DNA of 64,000 nucleotides from Azolla caroliniana. Its lineage: Eukaryota; Plantae; Polypodiophyta. The notes below the pieces were generated by a model. The model was not told the origin of the DNA and ran no database searches. It saw only the letters and a list, made by a program, of their open reading frames with translations. The number at the start of each line of letters is the position of its first letter. The first letter of the stretch is position 1. Shown here piece after piece: positions 38,177 through 50,520 of this stretch. A program made the position numbers and the translations under genes. The stretch covers positions 8,494,001 through 8,558,000 of the forward strand of contig JBHGNT010000008.1 in the NCBI GenBank assembly GCA_043228905.1. The letters run 5' to 3'.

Positions 38177-41100
38177 ACTATGCATGCATGATGAAAGTGG
38201 TGGAAGTGCGTAAGCCGGAGAGCTATGCTGAAGTGGCAAAGGATGCGCATTGGCATGCCACTATGGAGGAAGAGATGCGGGCACTTGATGCCAATGACAC
38301 ATGGGACCTTGTTGACCCTCCCAACGTTGCAAACCGATCGGCTGCAAGTGGGTATTCAAGGTGAAGTACAATGTCGACGGTTCGGTCAACCAGTACAAGG
38401 CCCGATTAGTGGCCAAAGGATATGTGCAGACCTACAGAATCGACTATGACGAGGCCTTCGCTCCGGTAACGAAGATGATGACGGTTCATGTGGTGCTAGC
38501 AGTTGTTGCGGTAAGGGGATGACATCTTCACCAAAGGGACGTGAAGAATGCGCTTCTTCAAGGTGATCTTGAAGAGTAGCTCTACATGATCTAGTCCCCG
38601 AGGTGTTCAGTCGAAGATGAATTGGTCGGCAGAGTGCCGACTCAAGAAGTTGCTTTACGGCTTGAAGGAAGCCCCTATGCTTGGAATTCAAGATCATGCA
38701 CCGGTTGCATAAGATGGAGTTTGCGGCCTCCAAGTCGGACTCATCGTTGTTCATCTGGAAAGGTCCAGAAGGTCCAATGTGTCATCACCGGACCCGAACT
38801 CGCTGAAATGGGTTGAGTGAAGTGCCAATTGTTGGATGCATTCGAAATGAAGGACCTAGGGAACCTTAATTACTTCATCGGGATCAATTTGATCCATACC
38901 CCCGATGGCATATTTCTCTCACAACGACATTATGTGTTGAGTATGATGTACAAGTTCGGCATGACCGATTGCCAACCAGTCGCAACACCCCTCGACCGGA
39001 ACCTAAAGCTTCATCCCGACTTCAAACCGGCTTGCAGCGAGAAATGGTTCCAACAAATTGTCGGAAGTCTCATCTATCTTGCTATCACTCGACGCAACAT
39101 CAGTTATCCGGTCAAGATAATAAGTCAGTTTATGCAGAAGCCGACAGTGAAGCACCTTCAGTGTGTGCATTGACTACTCAGTTATGTTGGCAGCACTAAA
39201 GACCAGGGATTATTATATCGACATAGTAGAACCGAAAAGCTAGTCGGTTATACAGACACTAACTAGGCCGGTGACTCGTCAGATCGTCACTCCACTTCCG
39301 ATTTTATGTTCTCTCTTGGTGGCACAGTTGTTGCATGGAGCAGTAAGAAACTATCGGCATTGACTCAATCGAGTAGTGAGGCTAAGTATCGGGGCGCTAC
39401 CGTCACCACCTGTGAAACCATATGGCTTCATAGGCTGCTGCAAGACCTCCGGATCGAAGTACCGACACTGATCCTGATCTATTGTGACAACATAAGTAGC
39501 ATGCAGCTGGCCAAGAACCCTATGTTTCATGCTTGAATGAAGCACATAGAAGTGCATTATCACTTTGTGCGTGAACGGGTCCTGAGCAATGAAGTCAAAC
39601 TTCGGTACGTTCGGACGGATCAGCAGGTTGCCGACATCTTCACCAAGGCACTCGGAACAAAAAAATTGCAGCATTTTGTGGAGATGCTTGGGTTACAACA
39701 CCTCCACATTCCGCACTTGAGGGGGAGAACCGAAATGGAAACCAGGAGAACAGGTAAAGGCACCCGAAAATCAGCCGAAGAGCAGGAAACAACCGAAACA
39801 GGGGGAGACAAGGATGAAAATGAAGCTAAATCCGAACAAGTTGGAACAAGCGGCAACAACAGCAGAGTGAAGAAGGATAGAGCCGACCGGAAGAAGAAGA
39901 CCAAGACCCGGACATGGTCTGATGTTGTGAAGGACCTTAAGATCGAGCACGAGTTGGAGATAGCCAACTCAAACAAGAGGGGGAATTAATCGAAGGTAGC
40001 CGATTCAGTTCAATTGTTTGATTCGGAGGAGCCGGATCAATTGAAGGCCAAGCACACAAGAAGGCAGCGGTAGTCGACACCAGCATGAAGAGGGTGACAG
40101 GTTGAGAAGCGTCGAGGACACAATAGCAAGGGAGCTAAGTTGGGCCTTAAGATCAGGCAAGCCGACCGAGAAGGTCGAGGTGCGTGGAACTGGGCGGGTC
40201 ATGTAAAGCTGGACCGGATGGGTTGAGGAGGAGGAGGGAAGGACCAACAAACATTGATACCACCATCCGACCTCAAGTTGAGGTTGAGGGGGAGTGTTGA
40301 GGGGACAAGCTCGACCGGATCCGGGATCGGCTAAATAAGCTAGAGATGGATCGGAGAGCCTGACCCATGTGTGAACCGATAGGCCGTTGGAGGCCGTTAT
40401 CCTAGGAGTTAGTGTCCGATGCTCTGTACAATCATTGAAGTACTTCTGTGAGTCCTTGCTGGACTTGTATAAAAGTGCTCACTGAGCACATTGTATGAAC
40501 AGAGTCTTCGAGTATTTTTTGAATCAGAGTTTTTCGTTCTGCTCTCTTTGTCTCTCCCGCTCTGTCTATGTGTTCTGTGGAGTTTCCATTAAATCTTAGT
40601 TCCATTTTCTATTGCTAATATTTGCATAGATATTTACATAGATTACTCACTTGAAGATTTATGAGACACAAGTGAACGAGAAGGAAGTTTTGCATCAATA
40701 TTTATGAGACACAAGGAAAAAATCAAAAGTGAACGAGAAGGAAGTTCGTTAGCTTCTGCATGCTAATATATACATAGATTACTCACTTAAAGATTTATGA
40801 GACACAAGTCAACGAGAAGGAAGTTTTGCATCAATATTTATGAGACATAAGAAAAAAATCTCATTTTGAATATTTTGCATAGAAAGAGTTGTCACGCAAC
40901 TTTTGGAAAACAAATCAAACATGTTGAACATGATCTTGCAAGGTACGACTATGTATGAGAATATTATCCAAGAAGACGACAACAAAATCACTGAGTTTAT
41001 CTCGGGAAAAATCATTCATCGTTTCTTGGAATGTGGCAACATCATTAGTCAACCTGAAAGGCATGAGTAAAAACTCATAATGGCCATAGTGCATATGAAA

Positions 41101-41286
41101 AACGGTTTTAGGAATATCATCTTCGGCAATGGGAATCTAATGATAACTTCGGGCCCCATGCAAATGATCAATCAAATCATCGGCATTAGGTAACTGATAT
41201 GCATTTTTTTATTATCATTTTGTTTGAACGGCGATAATTGATACACATTCGCCATGAACCTTCTCCTTAACTAACAGAACTAGCGA

Positions 41287-41937
41287 TGTCGTGCCTTTCG
41301 TCGCCGGATCGTTTGCGTGAGTCGGATGGGAACCGATGGGGTTTTGGACTAGGAGAAAGAAGAATATGAGACAATGTTAGTTAGAAAAAGATTGCAAGAA
41401 GAAGATATGAAAATCATGAACCCCACCAGTATAGTGTATTAATTGATACTTAGATTGTAAGAGAGAAATAGATGGCAAAATCGTGGATCCCACGAATATT
41501 TTATATTAATCAATCCTTACAAAAAAATCAACAACCATATACATCTTTCTCTCTTCCTTATATAGTGATGGAAGAGTCTAAGTTTATCACATGCAAGCAT
41601 CATGCTTTTTCTAACTTTAGTTTTCATGCACACTACATGTGCATGATTAGCTATCTATCACATCTTTTCTTTTAACTTGAGTGTGTACGCATGAATAACT
41701 TTTTCTATCATGCTTATCTAGAATATTTACATGGGATAAAGTTTAATATAACATTAAAACTCATAATATGCTAGTACAGTGATAAGGCTTAAAATCATTA
41801 ACATGGAGGTACAGGGTTCAAATCCTACCCTATGCATGTTACAATATTTTTAATATTTTCTTTTATTTATTTATGCGTACTACAATCAGATATATTTTTT
41901 TACATATTTTACGTAGTGTGTGAATTACACTACGACA
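41287..41937 (-). mobile_element. Solo LTR, family S
   Basis: TGTCGTG...CTACGACA; removal plus 4 bp restores host KSPWRALVLLVK. Confidence 0.88.
41772..41830 (+). promoter_or_regulatory. tRNA-like Pol III module in solo LTR
   Basis: TAGTACAGTGA at 41772, AGGT, consensus B box GGTTCAAATCC at 41815, T-run downstream. Confidence 0.7.
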
Positions 41938-42780
41938 GTGCACGCCAAGGTGATTTAATAAACCTAATGTGCCCCATACTCAAGTATTCCTTAAGTTGTT
42001 TAGCGATCTCATCCTCTTGTAATCGACTAAGTCGATAAGGTGGAATCCTCATAAGAGCAGCACCGGTGATGAGTTCAATATGATGGTCCACATTACGTTT
42101 TGGTGGTAAAGTAACAAGCAATTAATTAGGAAACAGGTCGTCAAAATCGTCTAAAATAGAGTCTAGTAATTGTCGTTCATAATGTGGTAATTGTGTGGCG
42201 TCAATATTAAAATAATAAAATTGAGACGCGGGATCAATTACACACCAATAAATTGATGAACTAGAATACTCACTTAAAGATTTATGAGACACAAGTGAAC
42301 GAGAAGGAAGTTTGGAACATTGAATAAAATGTTTACAATTATTAAGTTCAAATGTGATTGAATGATTAGCCCAATCAATGGACAAAGAAGGGTTCATCTG
42401 CGGATGATAGTTTCATAACATAAAAGTCAAGCTTTTCCATATAGGTATCTATTTGAATTGGCAGTTGACAAACAATGCCACTGATGTATTAGAAGCCTCC
42501 ATTTTCGATGTGAACTTGATAGATATGATCACTTGCGTTTATGTGGAGTTGCATTTGCTGCACCAGGTGATCATTAAGAAAATTGTGAGAACTACCGAAA
42601 TCAAACAAGAAATGTGCTTATGTTCCATTGATATACCTGAGTGCTCGGAGTAAATCATTAGGTCCAAGTAAATGTGAAGAAAAAGTGAATTCACATGAAC
42701 TTAAGTTATTGGTATGAACTTCAATAACATCAAAAGCCTCACCTTTGTGACTCGTCGATTTGTCTTGAGGAGGGGTGTTC

Positions 42781-43667
42781 ATTGACTTCCATTGCGCACT
42801 TGTTCTTTTAAGATTGCTTCATGTTCTTCAACTTCCTCACTTAGGTTAATCTTCTGGCTCCAATGTTTATCTGCATGAAATCTCGTAAGCAAACTTACCT
42901 GAAATGTATCATGCACCTTGATAGAACTAGGGAATTTTAGCTTGTAAGTAACTCCATTAAAACTTTGTAGCACTTCATATGGCCCATAATAATGATGGTT
43001 AAATTTAGGTGAGAGTCGTCCAGGTAAAGGCCAATGAACGGCACTAACGAGGACCAAATCGCATTTCAAAAAATCGATGTGTTGACGTTTTTTGTTAGCT
43101 GCCCAAACCATTCATTCCTTTGTTTGTTGTAATCCTTGTTGTGCAACCCTCATTGTTGCTTGCCAATCTGCTAGAAAAAGATCGACATCGGGCTCTTTAA
43201 TTTTATCTCGAACAGCATGAGAGACCAAAGTCAATGGAGTAAGAACTTGCTTCCCTATAGCTAATTCAAAAGGAGAAAAACTAGTGGCAAAATGTTTAGA
43301 GGAGTTATAACAAAATTCCAGCATATCGATATGATCCACCCAATCTTTTTGATCCACCTGCACATAACAACAAATGTAGTCTTCAAGAGTTTGATTTAGC
43401 CTTTCCGTTTGGCCATCAATTTGGGGATGAGCCATAGAAGGCATTTGAAGTTGTGTGTCTAGCAATTTGAACAATTCTTGTCAAAATCGACTAGTAAAAT
43501 GTGGATCTGTATCTCATACGATAACCGCAGGCATGCGATGATATTTAAAGATATGTTTGAATAACAATTTGGCTACTTGGAGGGCTATGAGAGGTGGTTT
43601 TATTGGTACAAAGCGAGCTTGTTTTGAGAAATAGTCGATGACCACCATGATCGCATTGTAACCTCTT
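42781..43667 (-). pseudogene. Gypsy integrase core/C-terminal fragment inserted in H
   Basis: HPQIDGQTER, YYGPYEV motifs; flanked by about 35-bp direct repeats. Confidence 0.8.
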
Positions 43668-44189
43668 GACTCATAGATTTGTCTTGAGGAGGGTGTTCTT
43701 TCTTTCTTTCTTTCTCAAGACGACCACAGGTATCCTTTGTGTGGCCCCACTTCTTGCAATACGCACAAAAGAGGTTCAGTTTCTTTTAGTCATAGTCGAG
43801 AGTGTCACTAGATTGCTTACATTTCCCAATGAACTTGACATTTTGAGTTTTGGCGAACTTAGGTTTATTGTGGTTTTTCTTGGAAGTCCTATGGTACTAG
43901 AGTACAATGTTGACTGCTTCCTCGAAAGTTGTGGGGTCATTGTCATGGACAATCCAATGGTAATTGCTATTGCGAATACCATTCAAAAAACAAGCGACAA
44001 ATTATTTCTCACCAGTGAGTCCCAATTTTTGGATCTGGGTCCAAGCATGATGCAAATAATCCTCGAGAGAGATAAATGGCTTGCTCGACAATGTGAGCAA
44101 GTTTTGTGCTTGTTCAGTTTGAGAGGGTGGTTGCAAGAACTATTTCTTGAATGTTTGTTCACACTAGAGATACAATATGGGCAGAGTGG

Positions 44190-44740
44190 GACTTTTAGCC
44201 CAACAAGATGTGGGTGTCAGGCATTATATGATTCATCAAAAAGCCATGTTGCACAAGATTTATGCCTATTGATCATGGCATTTGATCTCTTGCAAAACAA
44301 GGATGGTCCATTTTCTAGCTTATTTAGATTTTCCACGTCCCCTTGCATGTGGACTGCGGTATCATTAGCAAATTCTATATCCAAGATGCATTGGTGAGAG
44401 TGCGGCACATGAATACCATGTATCGCGAGTTGAGAAAGCTAGAGAGTGCTTTAGCGTATAAGAGAAATAGGGATGGAGTCAATGGGCATCACAGTTGCAC
44501 ATGATCGTGATATTGGGAACAAGGGGGCCCTTTCACCTGCTAGTGATATGCATCTACTAGAATTCCCTCATAGGGTTGTAGTGCCTTTGATCCATGACTC
44601 TTGGAAGCCGAGTTTCCCCATCATGCTTTCTAGAAAAATCCAACATACCTTGTCGTATGCTTTCTCGAAATTTAGAAGCACCACAACTACCTTGTTGTTG
44701 GTATGCTTGGCAAGGGCTACTGTTTCCTTTTGGTTGTCAT
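44190..44740 (-). mobile_element. LINE RT fragment
   Basis: LLNFEKAYDKV and EFANDT motifs on the minus strand. Confidence 0.75.
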
Positions 44741-45253
44741 TTTCCTTGGAAGTAAAGACTGAAATAGATTAATCTTTTCCACGTTATGTTGTTCTAATAA
44801 ATAACTATTCAAACATATGCCCACAAGTTACCATAATCTCGATATGTTTCCTTTAGGTTGCTCTAAAATTTACCACATGCATGTCCTTTGTCTTAGATAT
44901 GCAAATTTCTATTATTAATTTTGTTTATTCTTCGTCTTTCTTTGAATAAGTACTTTGTATATGTATTCATGCTTTTGATGATTTTTCTTATATTTGACTT
45001 TGTCTAAACTCATGAAGTACTTTTATGCGTCATGACATTTTTTATCAAACCATTTTTTCTTTCAGCGACACGCATTGGTGTCCTTGGGAAGACATAAGCT
45101 TAACTAAAAAACATTTCTTTGTGTTTGAGAAAATGACTTTCTTTTGTAGAATTTTGGAACTTTGTCTTTGTCTTTGTGATATATACTTTGTCTTAGCATA
45201 TATAGCCTTTTAAGGTCTATGTACATATATTGTTCTTTGGAACTACAATGAAA

Positions 45254-45395
45254 TTCCATGTACTCAAATCATTCCATGCATGTAAGATTAATGCAAAAAG
45301 TCTCACGAAATCAAATCATTCCATGCATGCAAGGTTAATGCAAAAATCTCATGGACCCAAATCATTCCATGCATGTAAGGTTAATGCAAAAGTCT
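45254..45395. repeat. Three tandem units of about 47 bp (AAATCATTCCATGCATGYAAGRTTAATGCAAAA)
   Basis: Directly visible. Confidence 0.8.
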
Positions 45396-45539
45396 TATCA
45401 TTGTATTATTATTTTTTCCTTTAAAGATTTTCTTCAGTAGTATTTAACAAAAAACACCCGAAGGCTACAACTTGAGCTTGTCTGCCCAGAAGCTTACAAT
45501 TTTATTTATTTATTTATTTCCAAAACAAAATATACTTCT

Positions 45540-45885
45540 TATACCAAGCATCATATGCATGTGAATCATCACCATTATTCCCATAATATAAGGAATGATT
45601 AAAATCCAGCTCCCAAAGGGAGAGTTTTCCTGCCATCTCTCAAGAAAAACAATATTATGAGCAGTAGATCCACCATATTGTGATGTCAATGCATCTCCCA
45701 TATTTTGATATACATCCATCAGAGCATCTACTATACTATTGTGTGAATCAATCCTTGGGAATATCTGACAGGCCCAAGGAGAATAACTGATGACCTAAGG
45801 CAAGCAAGCCATAAGCATATTGAGCAACATTTTTTCGATTGACGCAGTCAATAAAGTTTTTTCTTTCTTTTTTCAAACTTTTGGA
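45540..45885 (-). pseudogene. Intronless fragment of a SAC-domain (FIG4/SAC1-type) phosphoinositide phosphatase gene
   Basis: Translates FIDCVNRKNVAQYAYGLLALGHQL...ALMDVYQNMGDALTSQYGGSTAHNIVF...GKLSLWELD, matching the recalled plant SAC1 segment CIDCLDRTNVAQYAYGLAALGRQL...LMDMYQSMGDALAQQYGGSAAHN...GKPALWELD. Confidence 0.85.
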
Positions 45886-45943
45886 AGTCCCAATGAATGA
45901 AATGCAATCACTCTCCCTCCACAAAAATCTGGTTTAGATAACC

Positions 45944-47065
45944 AACCCCCACACCATCACCATTCATCTTGATAAAAAAAAAGAAAATCAACTTCCTCAA
46001 GTCCACATCAACCATCTCGTCGTCGCCGATTACCACCAAAATCTTGTACCTACAAAAACAACATGAGTGTACTCTCTACCTCTCCTCATGGAAATTTTCT
46101 TCAACCCCTGCCAACATCATCACTCATCCTTATCTAAACTAAAAAATATGCTTCATTGTCCGCATCAACCATCTTGGAGATTACCACGAAAATCGTCTTA
46201 CATCAATAGTCTCGCCATCTCGCCGATTACCACCAAAATCCTATACTGACAACAACAAATGAGTATAAAAAAACTTTCACTCACCCCCTCATGATAATAT
46301 GCTTCAACCCCCACACCATCATTACCCATCCTGATCAAAAAATAGAAAATCAGCTTCGTCAAGTCCACATCAACCATCTCGATGTCTCCGATTATCACCA
46401 AAATCTTGTACCTACAAAAACAACATGAGTGTACTCTCTACCTCTCCTCATGAAAATTTGCTTCAACCCCCGCCAAAATCATCACTCATCGTAAAAGTTA
46501 AGGTGTAGAAGCATGTACACAACCTGATCAACCGAACAGCAACAAAAAATAGAGACGAAGGTTTAATGGAAACTTGAAAATACAAAGTACGTGGGAGAGA
46601 CAAAGAGAGCAGAACAGTAAACTTTGTTTCAAAAATAATCTCAATACTCTATAAAAACTCTATACATACAAATGTGCTATAGAACACTTTTTATACAAGT
46701 CCTTAAAGGACTGACAAAAGTATTAATGAGTACTTCAATGCTTGTACCGAGCGACTAATGTTGACTCCTAAGAATACGTCTACATATTAGGCTAGGATCG
46801 TAGGCCTCTAACAATCTACCAGTTATACCGATCTAGATCATGATCCGACTTTCCAATCCAACTCTTGGTTCTAGACACCGATCCAGTTCTTTGTTCTGGA
46901 TACCGATCTGGTTCTTTGTTCCGGATACCGATCCGGCTTTGGCTTACTCAGCCGATCCAGATCAGGTTGAGCTTGTCTGCTCAACATCATCCTTATCTAA
47001 ACTAAAAAATATGATTCATTGTCCACATCAACCATCTCAGAGATTACCGCGAAAATTGTCTCCAT
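45944..47065. repeat. About 362-bp tandem duplication; second copy split by a solo LTR
   Basis: 45944-46200 recurs at 46306-46490 plus 46987-47065. Confidence 0.8.
46491..46986 (-). mobile_element. Solo LTR related to the Copia E LTR
   Basis: TCAT(C) duplication; minus strand TGTTGAGCAGACAAGCTCAACC resembles 40295; the uninterrupted site is visible in the duplicate at about 46124. Confidence 0.85.
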
Positions 47066-47149
47066 TCCAATATGCTGCAACCACCTCCTCCATCTTAACT
47101 CATGTTCTTAGCTACGTCCACTTAACATCAGCACATTCTTTTTCAATTA

Positions 47150-50100
47150 GGTTACAATTTTTTATTTACAATTATGTATAGTAATCCTAAGACCAAAGAT
47201 AGGACTTTGTAGAAGGTGTTAGAATTTGTTACTGCCCACGACCATGATTTACTGATATTCAAGAAAGGGTCCATGGAAGTTGATAGTACCATTGAGGCCC
47301 TTGAGTTGACTCTGTAAACAAGGGAAACTTTTTCCATAAGTGAAGAAGCTTCTTCCTTCTCTTATTCACCGTCTCTGGAGAAGCATGCATATTATCATAT
47401 TGGCCACGGACTACTACCAGCAAGTTCTCCCATATCTCAAGCAAGACATCTGAGAGACGTTGATCTGTCGCACCATAAAATCAGTTGCATCGACATTTCC
47501 ATAATTCCCATAACGTTATCATAGTCACTGTTTTCCAAACCTAGAGAGATCGCACCTGCTTTCGAGGTTGCTAAAAGGGGCTAACTAATATCAATCTTCT
47601 ATTATGTACCATCATTGCCTCCTGAACATCGTCTACCTCATACAACATCAAGCTAGAATGTAACACTCCCCACATCGTTGATCCCCATGAAAATAGGCAG
47701 CCAACATTGATTGTTAAGAATAATGAAAGGACTTTATTCCATACTCCTTGAGCTAAGGGACAAGAGTAGAGGACATGCTTGGAAGTTTCTTGAGCTTCAT
47801 GGTAAAAGCCACATTGCCGAAGATTGGGTATTACATTCCCTTTCAATGAATGACCAACGAGTAATATCGTATGCACTAATAGCCATCTGAAGAGAATAAA
47901 TTTAGTTGGCCCCGTAAATGACCAAATCCATCTCCAGTAGGCTTTCAAATGCAAAGTTGAGACCCCCTAGGTGGTCCAATGTTTCTGAGCCATTGCTATC
48001 ATTGCATTCCGAGAGTGCAGTAATGATCTTCCAAGTTTTACTGAGTACTGAAAGAATGGAACCTTTATGATCTGTTCCCCCAAGGATGTGACCAAAACCA
48101 ACCCTTTGAATCCCATGTTAATCTTGCAACAAGGTCTTTTGCGTACAACCACAACATATCACACATATGAGCCATTGAAGGATAAGGATCAAGCATCTAT
48201 TTCTTTCTAGTTTTAGCAACCACTCCGACTAGTGCACTTCGCAAGTGTTGTAGATAACTACAATCAAAGGTATAAGGTTGTAATCTATGATTGTCTAGGA
48301 CCTGAAAATAAGAAGCACACCCGTTAGGCGAAACACCCTTGACAGCCATCATTGTGTCATTTATAAAGCATCCAAACCACAAGTGTTCCTGCCTAGTTTG
48401 GAAGGTTGTAGAATATGTTGTTGATATGCTAGTAGTCATTATCTTGGCACAATGAACATATTGAAAATGTGCAAGACGATCTTCTTGTGACATTTGCTGA
48501 AATTGAATCCAAGTTCTTACAGATGCAGCAGGCGCATGATCCAATTTACCCCAGGCAAGGCGAGTTCTCAGGCCCAACACTTTTTCCTGCATTATCCCAA
48601 AATGGAGAGTTTGCAAGAAGAGGTTGATTAAGTAGTGCATCCTGTTTGGAAACATGTCCCTCCGGATGGGAAGAGTGAGAGTCGAATTGGATGGAGTCGA
48701 TGAGTAATTCGGCCGAGGCCGAAAATCGATTATATAACCAATTCGAGAGACTATATTTGTAAATAGTCTAAATGTGCCCCATGTGGGCTATATTTGTAAA
48801 TAGCTAGAAAGCTGTGTAAGTATAAATACAACTAGGGAAAACTTTATGAGAAAGTATCATTAGTGTAGTTGATCATTATTACTGTTGTATAGTTGAACGA
48901 GGTTGTGTGAGTAATCCTACATATGTCATTCAACGAAGACGAGCTCGAAGTTGTTGCCTCCGAGTCTCCTTGTATTTCTCTCTCTACATATAGTGATTTG
49001 TTTCTTAGGGTTAGTGGACCCCCATGGTTTTTCTTGATTCGGTTTTTCTACGTTAAACATACTTGTGTCTCTTTGTGCTTTCGTTTCTGTTCTTTTGTTC
49101 TTTACACCCGAATATACATACGAGAAACCGGTTGTGGCCGGTTCCAATCCTAACACATCCCATGTAGAAAGCTTGTCCTTAAGCAAAAATGACTTAATCA
49201 CATCCCATGCCCTTATGATTCCTAGAAAAAATTTATTGGATGCAAGATCCTGCCTTGGTGTTTGCACATCATTCACAAATAACCACTTTAAAGAGGGTGA
49301 CCAAACTCCTCCCGTCTTAGAACTTAACTACATCAACTAATTTAGAAATATTTCTTTCCACGCTTTTGATCCTCGCATAAATCCTCTTATCACAAACTTA
49401 GTTAATAGGGCTCATGATTGCATCAAAGGATCTATTATGCCCAATCCTCCATTGCTTTTAGGTTGAATTAACACATTCCACAATCCTTTGGTTATTGTTG
49501 GATATCCTTGCCCCCCCCCTCCCCTAGAGGAAATTACGGATCAACCTTTGCACTTTCGTTATTGCACTTTCGTTATTGCAGATCTAGAAAATAGCCAAAT
49601 AGATGTTATAAACCACGTTGAAGCCAGTAATACTGAGTTTGCTACTACCACATTGACAATAGTAATGGTGATAGCATTGATTCTGTCCTCAAATCTATAC
49701 CAACCATACATCCCAAATATCGAACTGGTTCACCATGGTGAAGCCATCGAAAAGAAGGACTTGGATACCACGCAGGGTGAGTTTCTTCACCCACCCAAAG
49801 TCCGACTGACTTATTCCAGCTAAGTGATGCACTTGTAGCATCTAAGAAAACTTGCAAAGCATCTTGTACCCGACTGAGATTACCAATCTCCCCATAAACA
49901 TAGAGGGTCGTGCCATCTGCAAACTGAATAGGTTGTGTAATAGGTAATGCTATGCCTTTTATACCAACCGAAAATGATCTTAGGTAGGAGGACAAAGCTT
50001 CCCCAAACAAGATAAAAAGAAAAAGGGCAAGAGATCATCCTTGCCTAACAAACCTGGAGATAGGAAATATTGGCCCATATGCTACAACCAACAAAACGGA

Positions 50101-50520
50101 ACTAGAAGCATGCATGTATAGGGCGGAACCACCTTTTATCCATGCATTAGGAAAACCTAATCTTGACAGCACTGCCTCAAGAAAGTCCCAATCTACTTTA
50201 TCATAAGCCTTCTCGAAGTCAAGCAATAATACTACAAGTTGTTTATTTTGCTGAGCTAATGCAACCATTTCCCAGAACAAAAAGATGTTATCAAAAATAC
50301 TTCTATCTTGCAAAAAACCAGATTGTGTGTCATGAATAATAGATGGCAACACCAATTGTAATCTAAGAGAAATGGTTGTTTCCACAATCTTATACACGTC
50401 GTTAAGCAATGGTATTGGGCGCCACTTGGCAACTTCATCACACTGGGCATCCAATTTAGGAATCATATATATGATCCCTTCCGTTCATTCTGCAGGCATA
50501 TTACTACTTGAGAATATGAA
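47150..50520 (-). mobile_element. 5'-truncated, decayed L1-type LINE (ORF2 RT and zinc-binding tail)
   Basis: WRPIPLLN, LDFEKAYDKV, VRQG, QFADGT, HVLYSCPLA motifs. Confidence 0.9.
48643..49155 (+). mobile_element. Solo LTR (Copia G-related) inserted in the LINE
   Basis: Perfect TSD CATCC; TGTTTGG...CTAACA; shared GTCCCTCCGGATGGG and GGCTATATTTGTAAA motifs. Confidence 0.9.

Larger units (their letters stand above)
30485..40620 (+). mobile_element. Element E: 5'-truncated Ty1/Copia element (INT tail, RT, RH, 3' LTR from 40295), interrupted by F
   Basis: LRVFGNIAYVHVP, FEMKDLG, YCDNISSMQLAKNP, KHIEVHYHFVRE; PPT TTGAGGGGGAG then TGTTGAG; right LTR end uncertain. Confidence 0.88.
40900..44180 (-). 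mobile_element. Element H: decayed chromovirus related to F (gag-PR-RT), with inserts
   Basis: [44 protein letters not shown]-like protease motif and gag colinear with F. Confidence 0.8.

Noticed and set aside
41765-41840. Functional tRNA genes in the LTRs
   Set aside because: Only the A/B boxes and T-arm are recognisable; no convincing acceptor or anticodon stem, so recorded as tRNA-like modules
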